Part shown: positions 1-9,849 of the stretch, piece after piece
Position numbering within the stretch: the stretch's first letter is position 1
How the letters are laid out: each line of letters opens with the position of its first letter
Origin: Alphaproteobacteria bacterium
Lineage (GTDB): Bacteria > Pseudomonadota > Alphaproteobacteria > Bin95
Direction of reading: 5' to 3'
Assembly (NCBI GenBank): GCA_963665325.3
Contig: OZ224045.1
Coordinates: forward strand, 1,856,001 to 1,920,000
DNA: 64,000 bases
The notes under the pieces: generated by a model
Told to the model about the DNA's origin: nothing
What the model saw: the letters and a program-made list of their open reading frames with translations, nothing else
Databases searched by the model: none
Translations under genes and position numbers: made by a program

Positions 1-718
1 AACCCCTGAACTCGAAGACCGGTTGCGGCGGGACCTCGAGGGGGCGCTGCACCGCCGCGGATTGCCGGCCAGCCGACGCGCAGGCAATCGACTCAGCTAC
101 CGGGTGACCGGTCGCGTCGAGATCGCGGCAATGCCGGACGGAATCGCTCCGTCGGGCCTCGTCTGGGAACTCCGCGACTGGGGCGGCAGGCTGGCCGGGC
201 GTTTCGAGCAGCAGGTCGAGGGCGGCCGGCAGGAGGCGCTGGCCGTGCTTCTCGAAGAGCTGGCCGACGAGATTGCCGGGCGGGTTCGCGCCGAAAGCCC
301 GGGCGAGGGCGATCCTGTTCGGCTGAAAATCTCCATTGCGCCGATTTCCGGCGCCGCTTCCGAAGCGACCGCGCCGCTGCTGCGCGCGCTCGAAGCGGCG
401 CTTGCAAGCAGCGGCCTGGACGTCGTGCCGCCCGCCGCGCCGAGCCACCTGCATGTATTCGGCAGCGCGGAGGCCGGTCCCGTTCTTGCGGGCCTCCGGG
501 AGCTGCGGCTCGGCTGGTCCGTTGTCTGGTCGGATGGACGGGAGGTCGGCAGGGTGGATCAGGCCAATGCCGTGCCGGCCGAATGGCTAAAGGGCGCGTG
601 GACATCGCTTGCTGCTGCGGCTGCCGAGGGGGCGGCCTCGGGCATATCGGACCTTGTGTTCAAAGCGCAGACCGAGCTTCAGCCGACGGGTGGAGCAACG
701 GGGCGTAACCGGCCCTGA
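1..718 (+). CDS. Hypothetical protein, 5'-truncated by window edge
   Basis: Frame open from base 2 to TGA at 716-718; two internally similar halves (LVWELRDWGGR.AG.FEQ / LGWSVVWSDGREVGRVDQ.N); no family recognised. Confidence 0.55.
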   Translation, partial: TPELEDRLRRDLEGALHRRGLPASRRAGNRLSYRVTGRVEIAAMPDGIAPSGLVWELRDWGGRLAGRFEQQVEGGRQEALAVLLEELADEIAGRVRAESPGEGDPVRLKISIAPISGAASEATAPLLRALEAALASSGLDVVPPAAPSHLHVFGSAEAGPVLAGLRELRLGWSVVWSDGREVGRVDQANAVPAEWLKGAWTSLAAAAAEGAASGISDLVFKAQTELQPTGGATGRNRP

Positions 719-1268
719 GCGCCCTGAGCGTGGTGGGCGGCGTCAGCACCTCGACCGCGCCGGCGGGGCGTGCGATTGCGGCGTCGTATTCGCCGGGCGT
801 GTAGCGCAGCAGCAGCGGCCCTGCCACCAGCCAGGCGGACCCGTTGCGGCTCACGAACGCGCCATCGGGAAGCGCTGCGGATTCGCCGACATGGATGCGC
901 CGCCGGCGTCCGTCGAGGCGTTCGGCATGAAGCACACGGTCCATCTCTCCGGCTCGCGGCCTGCCGCCCCAGCCGGCGGCATAGGTTCTGGCAGCCTCGC
1001 GCCGGCACTCGAAGCATGGCCGGTGCCCGGCGGCGAGCGCCACCGCCTCGTCGAGAAAGAAGAGTTCAGTATAGCGCCCCAGGGCCATGACTTGCCGTTT
1101 CCTGCCCCGGAATTCGGTGACGCAGCAAATCCAGGCCTTGTGCGTCCAGCGCCGCCGGCCGAGCCTGCGGTTCTCGTCATGCAGGATGCCGCGGTTGCCC
1201 ATCATGAGCCCGCGCTCGGGTGTGGCGACAATGTCGCCGAAGGGCGTCACGCGGTTCTGGAGCGCCAT
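660..1268 (-). CDS. Conserved hypothetical protein with Ada-type Zn-binding motif
   Basis: MALQNRVTPFG start (ATG 1268); FFLDEAVALAAGHRPCFEC resembles the Ada N-terminal GxRPCxxC metal-binding motif. Confidence 0.7.
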   Translation of the reverse strand: MALQNRVTPFGDIVATPERGLMMGNRGILHDENRRLGRRRWTHKAWICCVTEFRGRKRQVMALGRYTELFFLDEAVALAAGHRPCFECRREAARTYAAGWGGRPRAGEMDRVLHAERLDGRRRRIHVGESAALPDGAFVSRNGSAWLVAGPLLLRYTPGEYDAAIARPAGAVEVLTPPTTLRALRAGYAPLLHPSAEARSAL

Positions 1269-1427
1269 CGGGGGAACCTTCCTGGGTGGTGTCGACAAGG
1301 ACGGGTACTAGGGACAGCGGAGCGTACCCCTCGGACCGGACGGTTTGATGCGGCGTTCTTGACAGGGTTGCGTAAGGCGCCGCCGGCTTGTAGTCGGCGG
1401 TATCGAGCATTGTCTTGGGGAGGGGCC

Positions 1428-2390
1428 ATGACCGGCGTCGATATCATCGATCCCGCAATCGTCGAAGCGGGCAAGCGTGCCGCAGCGGTCTCGCCCCCGC
1501 TCGACCTTAAGGCACTGGTGAATGCGCCGGCCGGAGATATACGCGCCGCCTATGACGCGTCCTCGACCTATTGGAACGCCGACCCACCGCCCGTTGCCTC
1601 GGTCGTCAATCTCGCTCTGGCCGGGCCCCATGGCGAGCTCCGGGTGCGTATCTATCGGCCGCACGACGATCGCCGCCTGCCGGGGCTGCTCTACCTGCAT
1701 GGCGGTGGGTTCATGCTCGGCAGCGTCGAATCGCACGACACGCTCTGCCGCCTGCTGGCGAGGGAAGCCGACGCGGCGGTGGTTTCGGTCGATTACCGGC
1801 TCGCCCCGGAGCACCGGTTCCCGGTTCCGGTGGAGGAATGCATTTTTGCCTGCGACTGGCTGGCGGAGCATGGCGCGGAGGTCGGGGTGGACGCCTCGCG
1901 GCTTGCCGTGGGGGGCGACTCGGCAGGGGCCAACCTGGCGCTCGCGGTGCTGGACCGGCGGCGCGAGGCGCTCAGCACGGCGTTGCTGTTCTACGGCTGC
2001 TACGGCCATATGCCGGAATACGGCTATGAGCTGGGCTCCGCCGCTGCGGCTTACGGGGACGGCCGCTACGGCCTCGGTCTGGATATCATGCGGCGCTTCT
2101 ATGCGGACTATTTGCGCGGCGAGAATGACGGCCGCGACCCGCTGTTCTGCTCGCTGAACATGGACTTCCGCGATCTGCCGCCGGTCCTGCTGACAGCGGC
2201 CGCGCTGGACCCCTTGCGCGATGACGCCGAAGCGCTGGGCCTGAAACTCGCGGCGGCCCATGTGCCGCACCGGTACATTCTCTACCCCGGTGCGCCGCAC
2301 GGCTTCCTGAAGTTGGCCCCGGAAGTGGAGGTCGCGGCCCGCGCCGTTCGCGATGCCGCTGACCACCTGCGGGAGCACTGGGGCGCGTAG
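1428..2390 (+). CDS. Alpha/beta hydrolase, HSL-family esterase
   Basis: HGGG oxyanion motif, GDSAG nucleophile, DPLRD and HGF motifs; GGAGG before ATG 1428. Confidence 0.9.
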   Translation: MTGVDIIDPAIVEAGKRAAAVSPPLDLKALVNAPAGDIRAAYDASSTYWNADPPPVASVVNLALAGPHGELRVRIYRPHDDRRLPGLLYLHGGGFMLGSVESHDTLCRLLAREADAAVVSVDYRLAPEHRFPVPVEECIFACDWLAEHGAEVGVDASRLAVGGDSAGANLALAVLDRRREALSTALLFYGCYGHMPEYGYELGSAAAAYGDGRYGLGLDIMRRFYADYLRGENDGRDPLFCSLNMDFRDLPPVLLTAAALDPLRDDAEALGLKLAAAHVPHRYILYPGAPHGFLKLAPEVEVAARAVRDAADHLREHWGA

Positions 2391-2421
2391 GTCCGCCGGG
2401 CCACCCGGCGCGAGCCATCGG

Positions 2422-3258
2422 TCAGTGATGCACGAACACCGGTGCCGGGCAGTCGTGCAGTAGGCGGCGGGTGGCGGAGCCGACCAGGATATTGTGGACG
2501 AGGTTGTGGTGCCCGAAGGCGCCCATCACGAGCATTCCGGCGCTCATGGCTTCGACCTGCGACAGGATGGCATCGGCAGGATTGCCTCGCGCCGCAATTC
2601 CATGCGCCTCGGCCTCGAAGCCGTGCGACCGGAACAAGCCGGCGCCCTTGTCGGCGGTTTCCAGGGCCGTGGCGCGATCGGTGGCGATGCTGACGACATG
2701 GGCCTCCTGTCCCTTCGCCAGCCCGAGCAGGATATACATGTGCATGGCGCGGGAGGATTCCCGGCTGCCGTCAAAGGCCACCACAACCCGTTCGCCCCGC
2801 TGCGGCGCAGGCGGCACCATCACCACAGGCCGCGGATTGTCGTGCAGCAGGCGCTGGACGACATCGGCAATGTCGTGCTTCTCGACTCCGTGGAAGTTGG
2901 TCTCGCGCCCGATGACGATGAGGTCGTGGCGATCCGCCTCCGCCTCGATCAGCATGTGTGGTACGCCCTCGGCCTCGATGGCTCCGTAGGCTGCGCCGGC
3001 GGCCGCGCAAACAGCCTCGAACTCCCTCAGACGCACCTCGAGCCGTTCGCGCGCGGCCTCGACCAGCGTCTCGTCGCGATGCTCCTTGTAGGCGCCGGCA
3101 CCCATCGGCCGGGCCATGGGTGCGGTGAAGAAAGGAGTATCGAGCACACCGATTCCGACGAGCTGCGCGCCATGGCTGCCGGCAATGGCAAGCGCGAGCT
3201 TTTCCCCCTCCACGCTCGACGGGGACGCATCCACCGCCACCACTATGCTCTTGAGCAT
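2422..3258 (-). CDS. Universal stress protein (tandem USP domains)
   Basis: IVVAVDAS ... DLIVIG and VVVAFDGS ... LVMGAFGH ... VGSAT ... PVFV. Confidence 0.88.
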   Translation of the reverse strand: MLKSIVVAVDASPSSVEGEKLALAIAGSHGAQLVGIGVLDTPFFTAPMARPMGAGAYKEHRDETLVEAARERLEVRLREFEAVCAAAGAAYGAIEAEGVPHMLIEAEADRHDLIVIGRETNFHGVEKHDIADVVQRLLHDNPRPVVMVPPAPQRGERVVVAFDGSRESSRAMHMYILLGLAKGQEAHVVSIATDRATALETADKGAGLFRSHGFEAEAHGIAARGNPADAILSQVEAMSAGMLVMGAFGHHNLVHNILVGSATRRLLHDCPAPVFVHH

Positions 3259-3313
3259 GATGCACGCACCCCCTTGGCCGTCCGCCGGATTGTAGCCGCC
3301 GCTTGCGCGGAGG

Positions 3314-4030
3314 TTAAGCTTCGCGCCGGTGCGCTTCGACCAGTTCCGCCATCGAGCCGAAATGGAAATCCACCTGCACCTCCGTGGGCGGCGGCATGGT
3401 GGCGCCCCAGCCCGGCCGGCCCTTGCGTCGGTCGATCCAGCAGGTCGCGAAGCCCGCGGCCACAGCCGGCACATGGTCGTGGAACAGGGATTGCGCTATG
3501 TGCAGGACGCGCGCCTTTGGCATGCTGCGCGCCTCCAGCCCGGCGACCAGCGCATCGAAATTCGCAGCCGCTGGCTTGTAGGAGCCGACGTCCTGGGCCG
3601 TGAAGACTGCGTCGAAGCGCGTTCCCAGGCGTTCGGCAGAGGCGGCGAAATTCTCCCGGTCCACATTCGACAGCACGATGAGTTCGTAATGCCGGCCCAG
3701 ATAGCCGAGCGCCTCGGGGCTGTCCGGGAATGCCGGCCAGTCTGGCACGGAACGGCCGAAGGAGACCGCGTCGGCCTCGACGGGCGCGCGTCCGAAGTCC
3801 GCGCCCATCCCCATGAACGCCCGCGCGAGCACCTCCGGATAGGGCAGGCCCGGCGTTTCGGCCTGCTGGCGCGATTCGTTGGCAGCGAAGCTTTCGAGCA
3901 CGGCGCCGTCCCCGGCCTCCACGCCCTCCCTTGCCGCCCACGGGCGCCATGCGGCGAGAATGCCGGCTTCCCAGTCGATCAGCGTGCCGTAGCAATCGAA
4001 GCTGAGAGCGTCGAAATCCCGAAGCTTCAT
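3314..4030 (-). CDS. HAD-IA hydrolase (haloacid dehalogenase type II-like)
   Basis: FDCYGTLIDWE, LSNVD, SYKP, HIAQSLFHDH motifs; ATG overlaps upstream stop (ATGA). Confidence 0.9.
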   Translation of the reverse strand: MKLRDFDALSFDCYGTLIDWEAGILAAWRPWAAREGVEAGDGAVLESFAANESRQQAETPGLPYPEVLARAFMGMGADFGRAPVEADAVSFGRSVPDWPAFPDSPEALGYLGRHYELIVLSNVDRENFAASAERLGTRFDAVFTAQDVGSYKPAAANFDALVAGLEARSMPKARVLHIAQSLFHDHVPAVAAGFATCWIDRRKGRPGWGATMPPPTEVQVDFHFGSMAELVEAHRREA

Positions 4031-5208
4031 GCGCGGACCAGCGTTGTTTCGACCAGGCGCGACCAGTAGGTAGCGCCCCAAGGCAGGGCGTCGTCGTTGA
4101 AGTCGTAATGCGGATTGTGAACGACCACGCCGCCATGCTCGCCCTCGGCGCCGTTGCCGATGCGGACATAGGCGCCCGGTTTGGCGTTGAGCATGAAGGA
4201 GAAATCTTCCGAGCCCATGCCGGGCGGCGAGTCCGTGCGCACATTGTCGGCCCCGAACACATCCGCCGCGACGGCGGCTGCAATATCGACATGCGCCTCG
4301 TCGTTGACCGTCGGCGGGTAGCGGCGCTCATAGCGCACAGCGACTCTGGCGCCGAAGGCTTCCGCGATACTGTCGCAGATGCGCCGCATGCGCGATTCCG
4401 TCAGGTCCTGCACCTCCGGTTTGAAGGCCCGGACGGTGCCGCGCAGGACGACCTTCTGGGGGATCACATTCCAGGTGTCGCCGCCATGCACCTGCGTAAT
4501 CGTCAGCACGACCGAGTCGATAGCGTTGACAGACCGGCTCGCGATGGTCTGGAGCGCGGTGACGATCTGGGCCTGCACGACAACGGTGTCCACGCCCTGA
4601 TGCGGCCGGGCGGCGTGCGTGCCGTAGCCGTCGATCTCGATCTCGAAGATATCGAACCCCGCCATCGCCGGCCCGGCGCGGGTCGTGAAACGCCCAACCG
4701 GCACGCCGGGCGAGTTGTGCATTCCGTAAACGGCATCCGCCGGGAAGCGCTCGAACAGCCCGTCCTCAACCATGGCGCGGCCGCCGCCCTCGTTTTCCTC
4801 GGCCGGCTGGAAGACGAAATAGACCGTGCCGTCGAAATTGCGTGTTTCGGCAAGATATTTCGCGGCTCCAAGCAGCATCGTCGTATGCCCGTCATGGCCG
4901 CAGGCATGCATCTTTCCGGGGTTCCGGGACTTGTAGTCGAAGTCGTTTGCCTCCTCGATGTCGAGCGCGTCCATGTCGGCCCGAATGGCGACGGAACGCT
5001 GGCCGTCGCCCTGTCCCCGCAACACTGCAACGACGCCTGTCTTGGCAATGCCGGTATGGACCGCGTCCACGCCGAATTCCTTCAGCTTGTCGGCGACGAA
5101 GGCGGAGGTCCGCACTTCTTCGAATGCCGTTTCGGGATACATGTGGAGCTCGCGCCGCCAGGCGGTCATCTCCTGGTGGAACTCGGCTATGCGATTGACG
5201 ATGGGCAT
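4027..5208 (-). CDS. M20D amidohydrolase (hippurate hydrolase-like)
   Basis: RADMDAL, MHACGHDGH, FQPAEE, SEDF, HNPHYDFND. Confidence 0.93.
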   Translation of the reverse strand: MPIVNRIAEFHQEMTAWRRELHMYPETAFEEVRTSAFVADKLKEFGVDAVHTGIAKTGVVAVLRGQGDGQRSVAIRADMDALDIEEANDFDYKSRNPGKMHACGHDGHTTMLLGAAKYLAETRNFDGTVYFVFQPAEENEGGGRAMVEDGLFERFPADAVYGMHNSPGVPVGRFTTRAGPAMAGFDIFEIEIDGYGTHAARPHQGVDTVVVQAQIVTALQTIASRSVNAIDSVVLTITQVHGGDTWNVIPQKVVLRGTVRAFKPEVQDLTESRMRRICDSIAEAFGARVAVRYERRYPPTVNDEAHVDIAAAVAADVFGADNVRTDSPPGMGSEDFSFMLNAKPGAYVRIGNGAEGEHGGVVVHNPHYDFNDDALPWGATYWSRLVETTLVRA

Positions 5209-5273
5209 GAACTGCTCTGCCTTGCCATGGGTGCGGGAATGGGGCCCGATTTCGCCCGACGCCGCCCGGCGGG

Positions 5274-6227
5274 TCAAGCGACGCGGTTGCGCATCTCGCC
5301 GCGCGCCCAGGCTTCCAGGCCCGAAACGAGGCCTTCCACCAGGGCGGCCATCGCCGTCTCGCTCGCCCAGGCGACATGCGGGGTGACGATGACATTGGGT
5401 CGGCCCGCAAGCGCCGGCACGAGGTGGTCTTCGGGCGGTGGCTCGGCCGTGGCGACATCGAAAGCCGCGCCCCGGATGGTTTCCCGGTCCAGCGCCTCGA
5501 CCAGCGCGGCCTCGTCCACGATCCCGCCCCTCGCCGTGTTGACGAGGAAGGGCCGCCGGCGCATCGCCTCGAAGTCAGCCCGCCCGATCAGCCCGCGGGT
5601 CTCGTCGTTGAGCGGGCAATGGATGGAGATGGCGTCGGCGCTTGCCAGCATCTCATCGAAGGCCATCCGGCCGGGGCCGGGCGCCGCGCCCTTGCGCCCG
5701 GCGATGACCGGCTCCATGCCGAAAGCGGCAGCCTTGGCGGCGACGGCGGACCCGATGACGCCGGCGCCGACAATACCCAGCCGCTTCCCCGACAGGTCCA
5801 TGATCGGATAATCGAAGAGGCAGAAACTGCGCGCCTTCGCCCAGCGCCCCTTGGCCACGGCGCGGTCGTAGGCGGGCACCGCGCGCGCCAGCGCCAGCAG
5901 CAGGGCCAACGCATGTTCCGCAACGCTGTCCGCGGCATAGCCGGTGACGTTGGTGACCGGCACACCGGCGGCCCGCGCTGCTTCTTTGTCCACGCAATCG
6001 GTGCCGGTGGCCGAAACTGCCACGAGCTCCAACGTCGGTGCGGCCTCGAACACCGAGGCGTCGATGCGGCACTTGTTGGTGACCGTGACATGGGCACCCC
6101 GCAGCCGTTCCGCCGCCTGGTCCGGCCGGGTCTCCTCGAACTCGACCCACTCATGCGGGAAGCCGGGCCTACGAATCGGCACGCCGGGAGGAAAGGAGTT
6201 GCGCTCCAGAAAGACGATTCTCTTCAT
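5274..6227 (-). CDS. D-2-hydroxyacid dehydrogenase (glycerate dehydrogenase/HprA-like)
   Basis: GAGVIG, HCPL, NTARG, TPHVAW motifs; N-terminus IVFLER typical of the HprA-like subfamily. Confidence 0.85.
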   Translation of the reverse strand: MKRIVFLERNSFPPGVPIRRPGFPHEWVEFEETRPDQAAERLRGAHVTVTNKCRIDASVFEAAPTLELVAVSATGTDCVDKEAARAAGVPVTNVTGYAADSVAEHALALLLALARAVPAYDRAVAKGRWAKARSFCLFDYPIMDLSGKRLGIVGAGVIGSAVAAKAAAFGMEPVIAGRKGAAPGPGRMAFDEMLASADAISIHCPLNDETRGLIGRADFEAMRRRPFLVNTARGGIVDEAALVEALDRETIRGAAFDVATAEPPPEDHLVPALAGRPNVIVTPHVAWASETAMAALVEGLVSGLEAWARGEMRNRVA

Positions 6228-6303
6228 GGTCCTGCCGCCTGCCTCTCGACTTGTTGCCGGCGCGCATTAAATCATGCGATGCAGGATCGGGGAGAGGGGA
6301 TCG

Positions 6304-7290
6304 ATGCGAGCGGCTTGGTACGAGCGCAAGGGACCGGCACGGGATGTGCTGGAAATCGGCGAAATGCCGACGCCGGAAGCAGGTCCGGGCGAAGTGCGCG
6401 TTCGGCTGGCGGCGTCCGGCGTCAACCCGGCCGATGTGAAGTTGCGCGCGGGCACAAGCGACTACGGATTCAATTTCGCGCGCGTGATCCCGAACAGCGA
6501 CGGCGCCGGTATTATCGATCAGATGGGCGCGGGGGTCGATGCGGCCTGGCTGAGCCGGCGGGTCTGGCTCTACAACGGCCAGAGGCTCGGGCGGGCATGC
6601 GGCACGGCGGCGGAATATATCGCGCTCGATGCCGGGCTCGTTCATGCACTGCCCGACGGACTCGGATTTGCAGAAGGGGCAACGCTCGGCATTCCCGCGA
6701 TGACGGCGCATCGCTGCGTCTTCGCCGGTGGGTCGGTGGCGGGCCGGACAGTGCTGGTGACCGGAGGCGCGGGCGCCGTCGGGCACTATGCGGTGCAGCT
6801 TGCGAAATGGGGCGGCGCGCGCGTGCTAGCGACCGTGAGCGGCGAGGCGAAAGCGGCGCATGCCGTGGCAGGCGGGGCCGATGCGACTGTCAATTACCGG
6901 CAGGAAGACGTTATCGCCCGGGTGCGGGAGCTTACCGGTGGGGAGGGCGTGGACCGAATCGTCGAGGTCGATTTCGGTGGCAATCTCGCCATTATGATGG
7001 GCGTGCTGAAGCGCAACGGCGCCGTTGCAATTTATGCCAGCGACGGCAATGCCAAGCTGGAGATCGACGTGCGCGCCCTTATGGGCCTGAACGCCACTCT
7101 GAATTTCGTGGTGCTGAACAGCATCCCTCTGGAAGCGCGCCGGCAGGCGCAGCGCGATGTGACGCGCTGGGCCGCGGCCGGCGAAGGACTGTTTCCTGTC
7201 GCAGCGCGGTTCCCGCTGGATGAGATCGTGGCCGCACATGAGCTGGTGGAAAGTCTGGACAAGCTCGGCACGGTCGTCGTCGAGCCCTGA
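6304..7290 (+). CDS. NADPH:quinone reductase (MDR family)
   Basis: SGVNPAD, PNSDGAG, GTAAEY, TGGAGAVG. Confidence 0.9.
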   Translation: MRAAWYERKGPARDVLEIGEMPTPEAGPGEVRVRLAASGVNPADVKLRAGTSDYGFNFARVIPNSDGAGIIDQMGAGVDAAWLSRRVWLYNGQRLGRACGTAAEYIALDAGLVHALPDGLGFAEGATLGIPAMTAHRCVFAGGSVAGRTVLVTGGAGAVGHYAVQLAKWGGARVLATVSGEAKAAHAVAGGADATVNYRQEDVIARVRELTGGEGVDRIVEVDFGGNLAIMMGVLKRNGAVAIYASDGNAKLEIDVRALMGLNATLNFVVLNSIPLEARRQAQRDVTRWAAAGEGLFPVAARFPLDEIVAAHELVESLDKLGTVVVEP

Positions 7291-7307
7291 AACAACGAGG
7301 ATCGCAC

Positions 7308-8837
7308 ATGGACCTGCCCTGCACGCTGGCCGACCTGATTGCGGCCCACCCGGTCGACCGTGTCGCCTTGGACGCGCCCGGACGCCCTTCCCTGACCTTC
7401 GGGGCGCTTGGCAGGCAGGCGCACGAAACCGTCTCGTCGCTCAATGCCTTCGGGATCGGCCGCAACGATAGAGTGGCGGTGGTGCTGCCCAACGGCCCGG
7501 AGATGGCGGCGGCCTTCCTGGCAGTCGGCGCCGGAGCTACGGTGGCGCCGCTTAACCCGGCCTATCGGGAAGATGAGTTCCACTTTTACCTAGACGACCT
7601 TTCGGCCAAGGCGCTGATCGTGTCGGAGGAAGAAGACGGGCCCGCGGTCGATGCTGCGGCCCGGTTGGGCATGCCGGTGCTCCGGCTGGTTGGCGACGAG
7701 GAGCAACCGGCAGGCAGTTTCTCGCTGCTCGCCGAGGGCACGGGAGGTGAGAGCACGCCGGTGAAGGGCTATGCGGGCGCCGCGGATACCGCGCTCGTGC
7801 TGCATACCTCCGGCACGACCTCGCGGCCCAAGATCGTGCCGCTCAGCCAGACGAATATCTGCGCTTCGGCGGAGCATATCGAGCAGACCCTCCGGCTGGA
7901 GCCGGCAGATCGCGGCATGAACATCATGCCGCTGTTCCACATTCATGGGCTGATCGCCAACCTGCTTGCGCCGATGCGCGCCGGAACGAGCGTCTATTGC
8001 ACGCCGGGTTTCGATGCATTCCGGGTCTTCGAGTGGTTCGCAGATGCCGAGCCGACCTGGTACTCCGCCGTGCCGACCATGCACCAGGCGATTCTGGCCC
8101 GGGCCCGGCGGAACACCGAGATAACGGACGCCCTGCAATTGCGGTTCGTGCGTTCATCCTCGTCTTCGCTGCCGCCGCAGGTGATGCGGGAGCTGGAAAC
8201 CCTGTTCCGCTGCCCGGTGATCGAGAGCTACGGCATGACGGAGGCCGCCCACCAGATGGCGAGCAACCCGCTGCCGCCCGGGGAACGCCGGGCCGGATCC
8301 GTGGGCATTGCAGCCGGGCCAGACATCGCCGTCATGGACGAGACGGGACGGATGCTGGCGCCCGGCGAGACCGGCGAAGTGGTCATCCGCGGGCCGAACG
8401 TGATGGCCGCCTACGAGAACAACCCGGAGGCCAATGAGAGCGCGTTTTCGGACGGCTGGTTCCGAACCGGCGACCAGGGAATCGTCGATGCGGCGGGCTA
8501 TCTGACGATTACCGGGCGACTCAAGGAGATCATCAACCGGGGTGGCGAAAAGATATCTCCGCGCGAGGTGGACGAGGCGTTGATGGACCACGCCGCCGTC
8601 CAGCAGGTCGTCACCTTCGCCCTTCCGCACCGGACACTCGGCGAGGAGGTGGCCGCCGCCATCGTGCTGGCTGAAGGGGCGGAAGCGAGCGACCGGGACC
8701 TCAAGGAGTTCGCCAGCGCCCGCCTTGCCGACTTCAAGGTGCCGCGCCGGATCGTGTTCGTGGACGAGATTCCCAAGGGTGCGACGGGCAAGCTCCAGCG
8801 CATCGGACTCGCCGAGAAGCTCGGCCTCGCTCCGTGA
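7308..8837 (+). CDS. Acyl-CoA synthetase, oxalate--CoA ligase-like
   Basis: LHTSGTTSRPK, PLFHIHGL, TWYSAVPTMH, YGMTEAAHQMASNPLP, KGATGKLQR: AAE3/oxalyl-CoA synthetase-type signature. Confidence 0.85.
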   Translation: MDLPCTLADLIAAHPVDRVALDAPGRPSLTFGALGRQAHETVSSLNAFGIGRNDRVAVVLPNGPEMAAAFLAVGAGATVAPLNPAYREDEFHFYLDDLSAKALIVSEEEDGPAVDAAARLGMPVLRLVGDEEQPAGSFSLLAEGTGGESTPVKGYAGAADTALVLHTSGTTSRPKIVPLSQTNICASAEHIEQTLRLEPADRGMNIMPLFHIHGLIANLLAPMRAGTSVYCTPGFDAFRVFEWFADAEPTWYSAVPTMHQAILARARRNTEITDALQLRFVRSSSSSLPPQVMRELETLFRCPVIESYGMTEAAHQMASNPLPPGERRAGSVGIAAGPDIAVMDETGRMLAPGETGEVVIRGPNVMAAYENNPEANESAFSDGWFRTGDQGIVDAAGYLTITGRLKEIINRGGEKISPREVDEALMDHAAVQQVVTFALPHRTLGEEVAAAIVLAEGAEASDRDLKEFASARLADFKVPRRIVFVDEIPKGATGKLQRIGLAEKLGLAP

Positions 8838-9817
8838 AGGTCGCTATCTACGGCGCGGGGGCGATCGGTTGCCATCTCGCGGCCCTCGTGGCGCGCCAGG
8901 GCGATGCCGAAATCAGCCTGATTGCGCGCGGGCCGCATCTGGCGGCCCTGCGGGCGAACGGGTTGCGCTTCGTTTCCGACGAAGAGGATTTTACGCTGCC
9001 GGTCGCGGCGAGCGAGGACCCGGCGGATTTCGGCGTCCAGAACTTCGTGATCGTGACGCTCAAGGCCCATCAGGCGCCGGACGCCGTCGAGGCAATGCGC
9101 CCGCTGTTGGGGCCTGACACCGCGGTCGTCACCGCGATGAACGGGGTTCCCTGGTGGTATTTCCACGGCATCGACACGGGCTTCCCCGCAGGGCCGGTGG
9201 AAGCGGTCGATCCGGGCGGCGCCCAATGGTTCGGGCTGGGCTCGGAGCGCGCCATAGGTTGCGTCGTCTATCCGGCGACGGAAATCGTCGAACCCGGCGT
9301 CTGTCGTCATATCGACGGCAATACTTATACCCTGGGCGAACCTGACGGAACGCGCAGCGAGCGGGCCTCAGCGCTCTCCCGGCTGCTCATTGCGGCAGGC
9401 TTCCGCGCGCCCGTCAGGCCCCGCATCCGCGACGAGATCTGGGTGAAGCTCTGGGGCAATCTCTGCTTCAACCCGATCTCGGCGCTCACCCATGCGACCC
9501 TGGCTGAAATCGGTGCGGATACCGGTGTGCGACGGCTTGTCGAGGCGATGATGCGCGAGGGGCAGGCCGTCGGCGAAGCGTTGGGCGTGCGGTTCCGCAT
9601 CCCGCTGGAACGCAGGCTCGAAGGCGCTGTCGGCGTCGGCGCGCACAAGACCTCCATGCTGCAGGACCTGGAGCGCGGCCGGCCGATGGAGATCGACGCG
9701 CTGGTGGGCGCGGTCGGCGAGCTCGGCAGGCGCGCGGGCGTCGCGACACCGGCTATCGATACCGTCCTGGCGCTCATCCGCTTGCGCGGGCGCATGGCAG
9801 GCACCTATCCGCTATAA
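8834..9817 (+). CDS. Ketopantoate reductase family protein (PanE2/oxalyl-CoA reductase-like)
   Basis: GAGAIG, NGVPWWYF, KLWGNL, SMLQD..GRPMEID; translationally coupled (GTGA) to the ligase. Confidence 0.85.
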   Translation: MKVAIYGAGAIGCHLAALVARQGDAEISLIARGPHLAALRANGLRFVSDEEDFTLPVAASEDPADFGVQNFVIVTLKAHQAPDAVEAMRPLLGPDTAVVTAMNGVPWWYFHGIDTGFPAGPVEAVDPGGAQWFGLGSERAIGCVVYPATEIVEPGVCRHIDGNTYTLGEPDGTRSERASALSRLLIAAGFRAPVRPRIRDEIWVKLWGNLCFNPISALTHATLAEIGADTGVRRLVEAMMREGQAVGEALGVRFRIPLERRLEGAVGVGAHKTSMLQDLERGRPMEIDALVGAVGELGRRAGVATPAIDTVLALIRLRGRMAGTYPL

Positions 9818-9849
9818 GGCGTCGCGAGGAAATCGGGAGGGGGGACACC

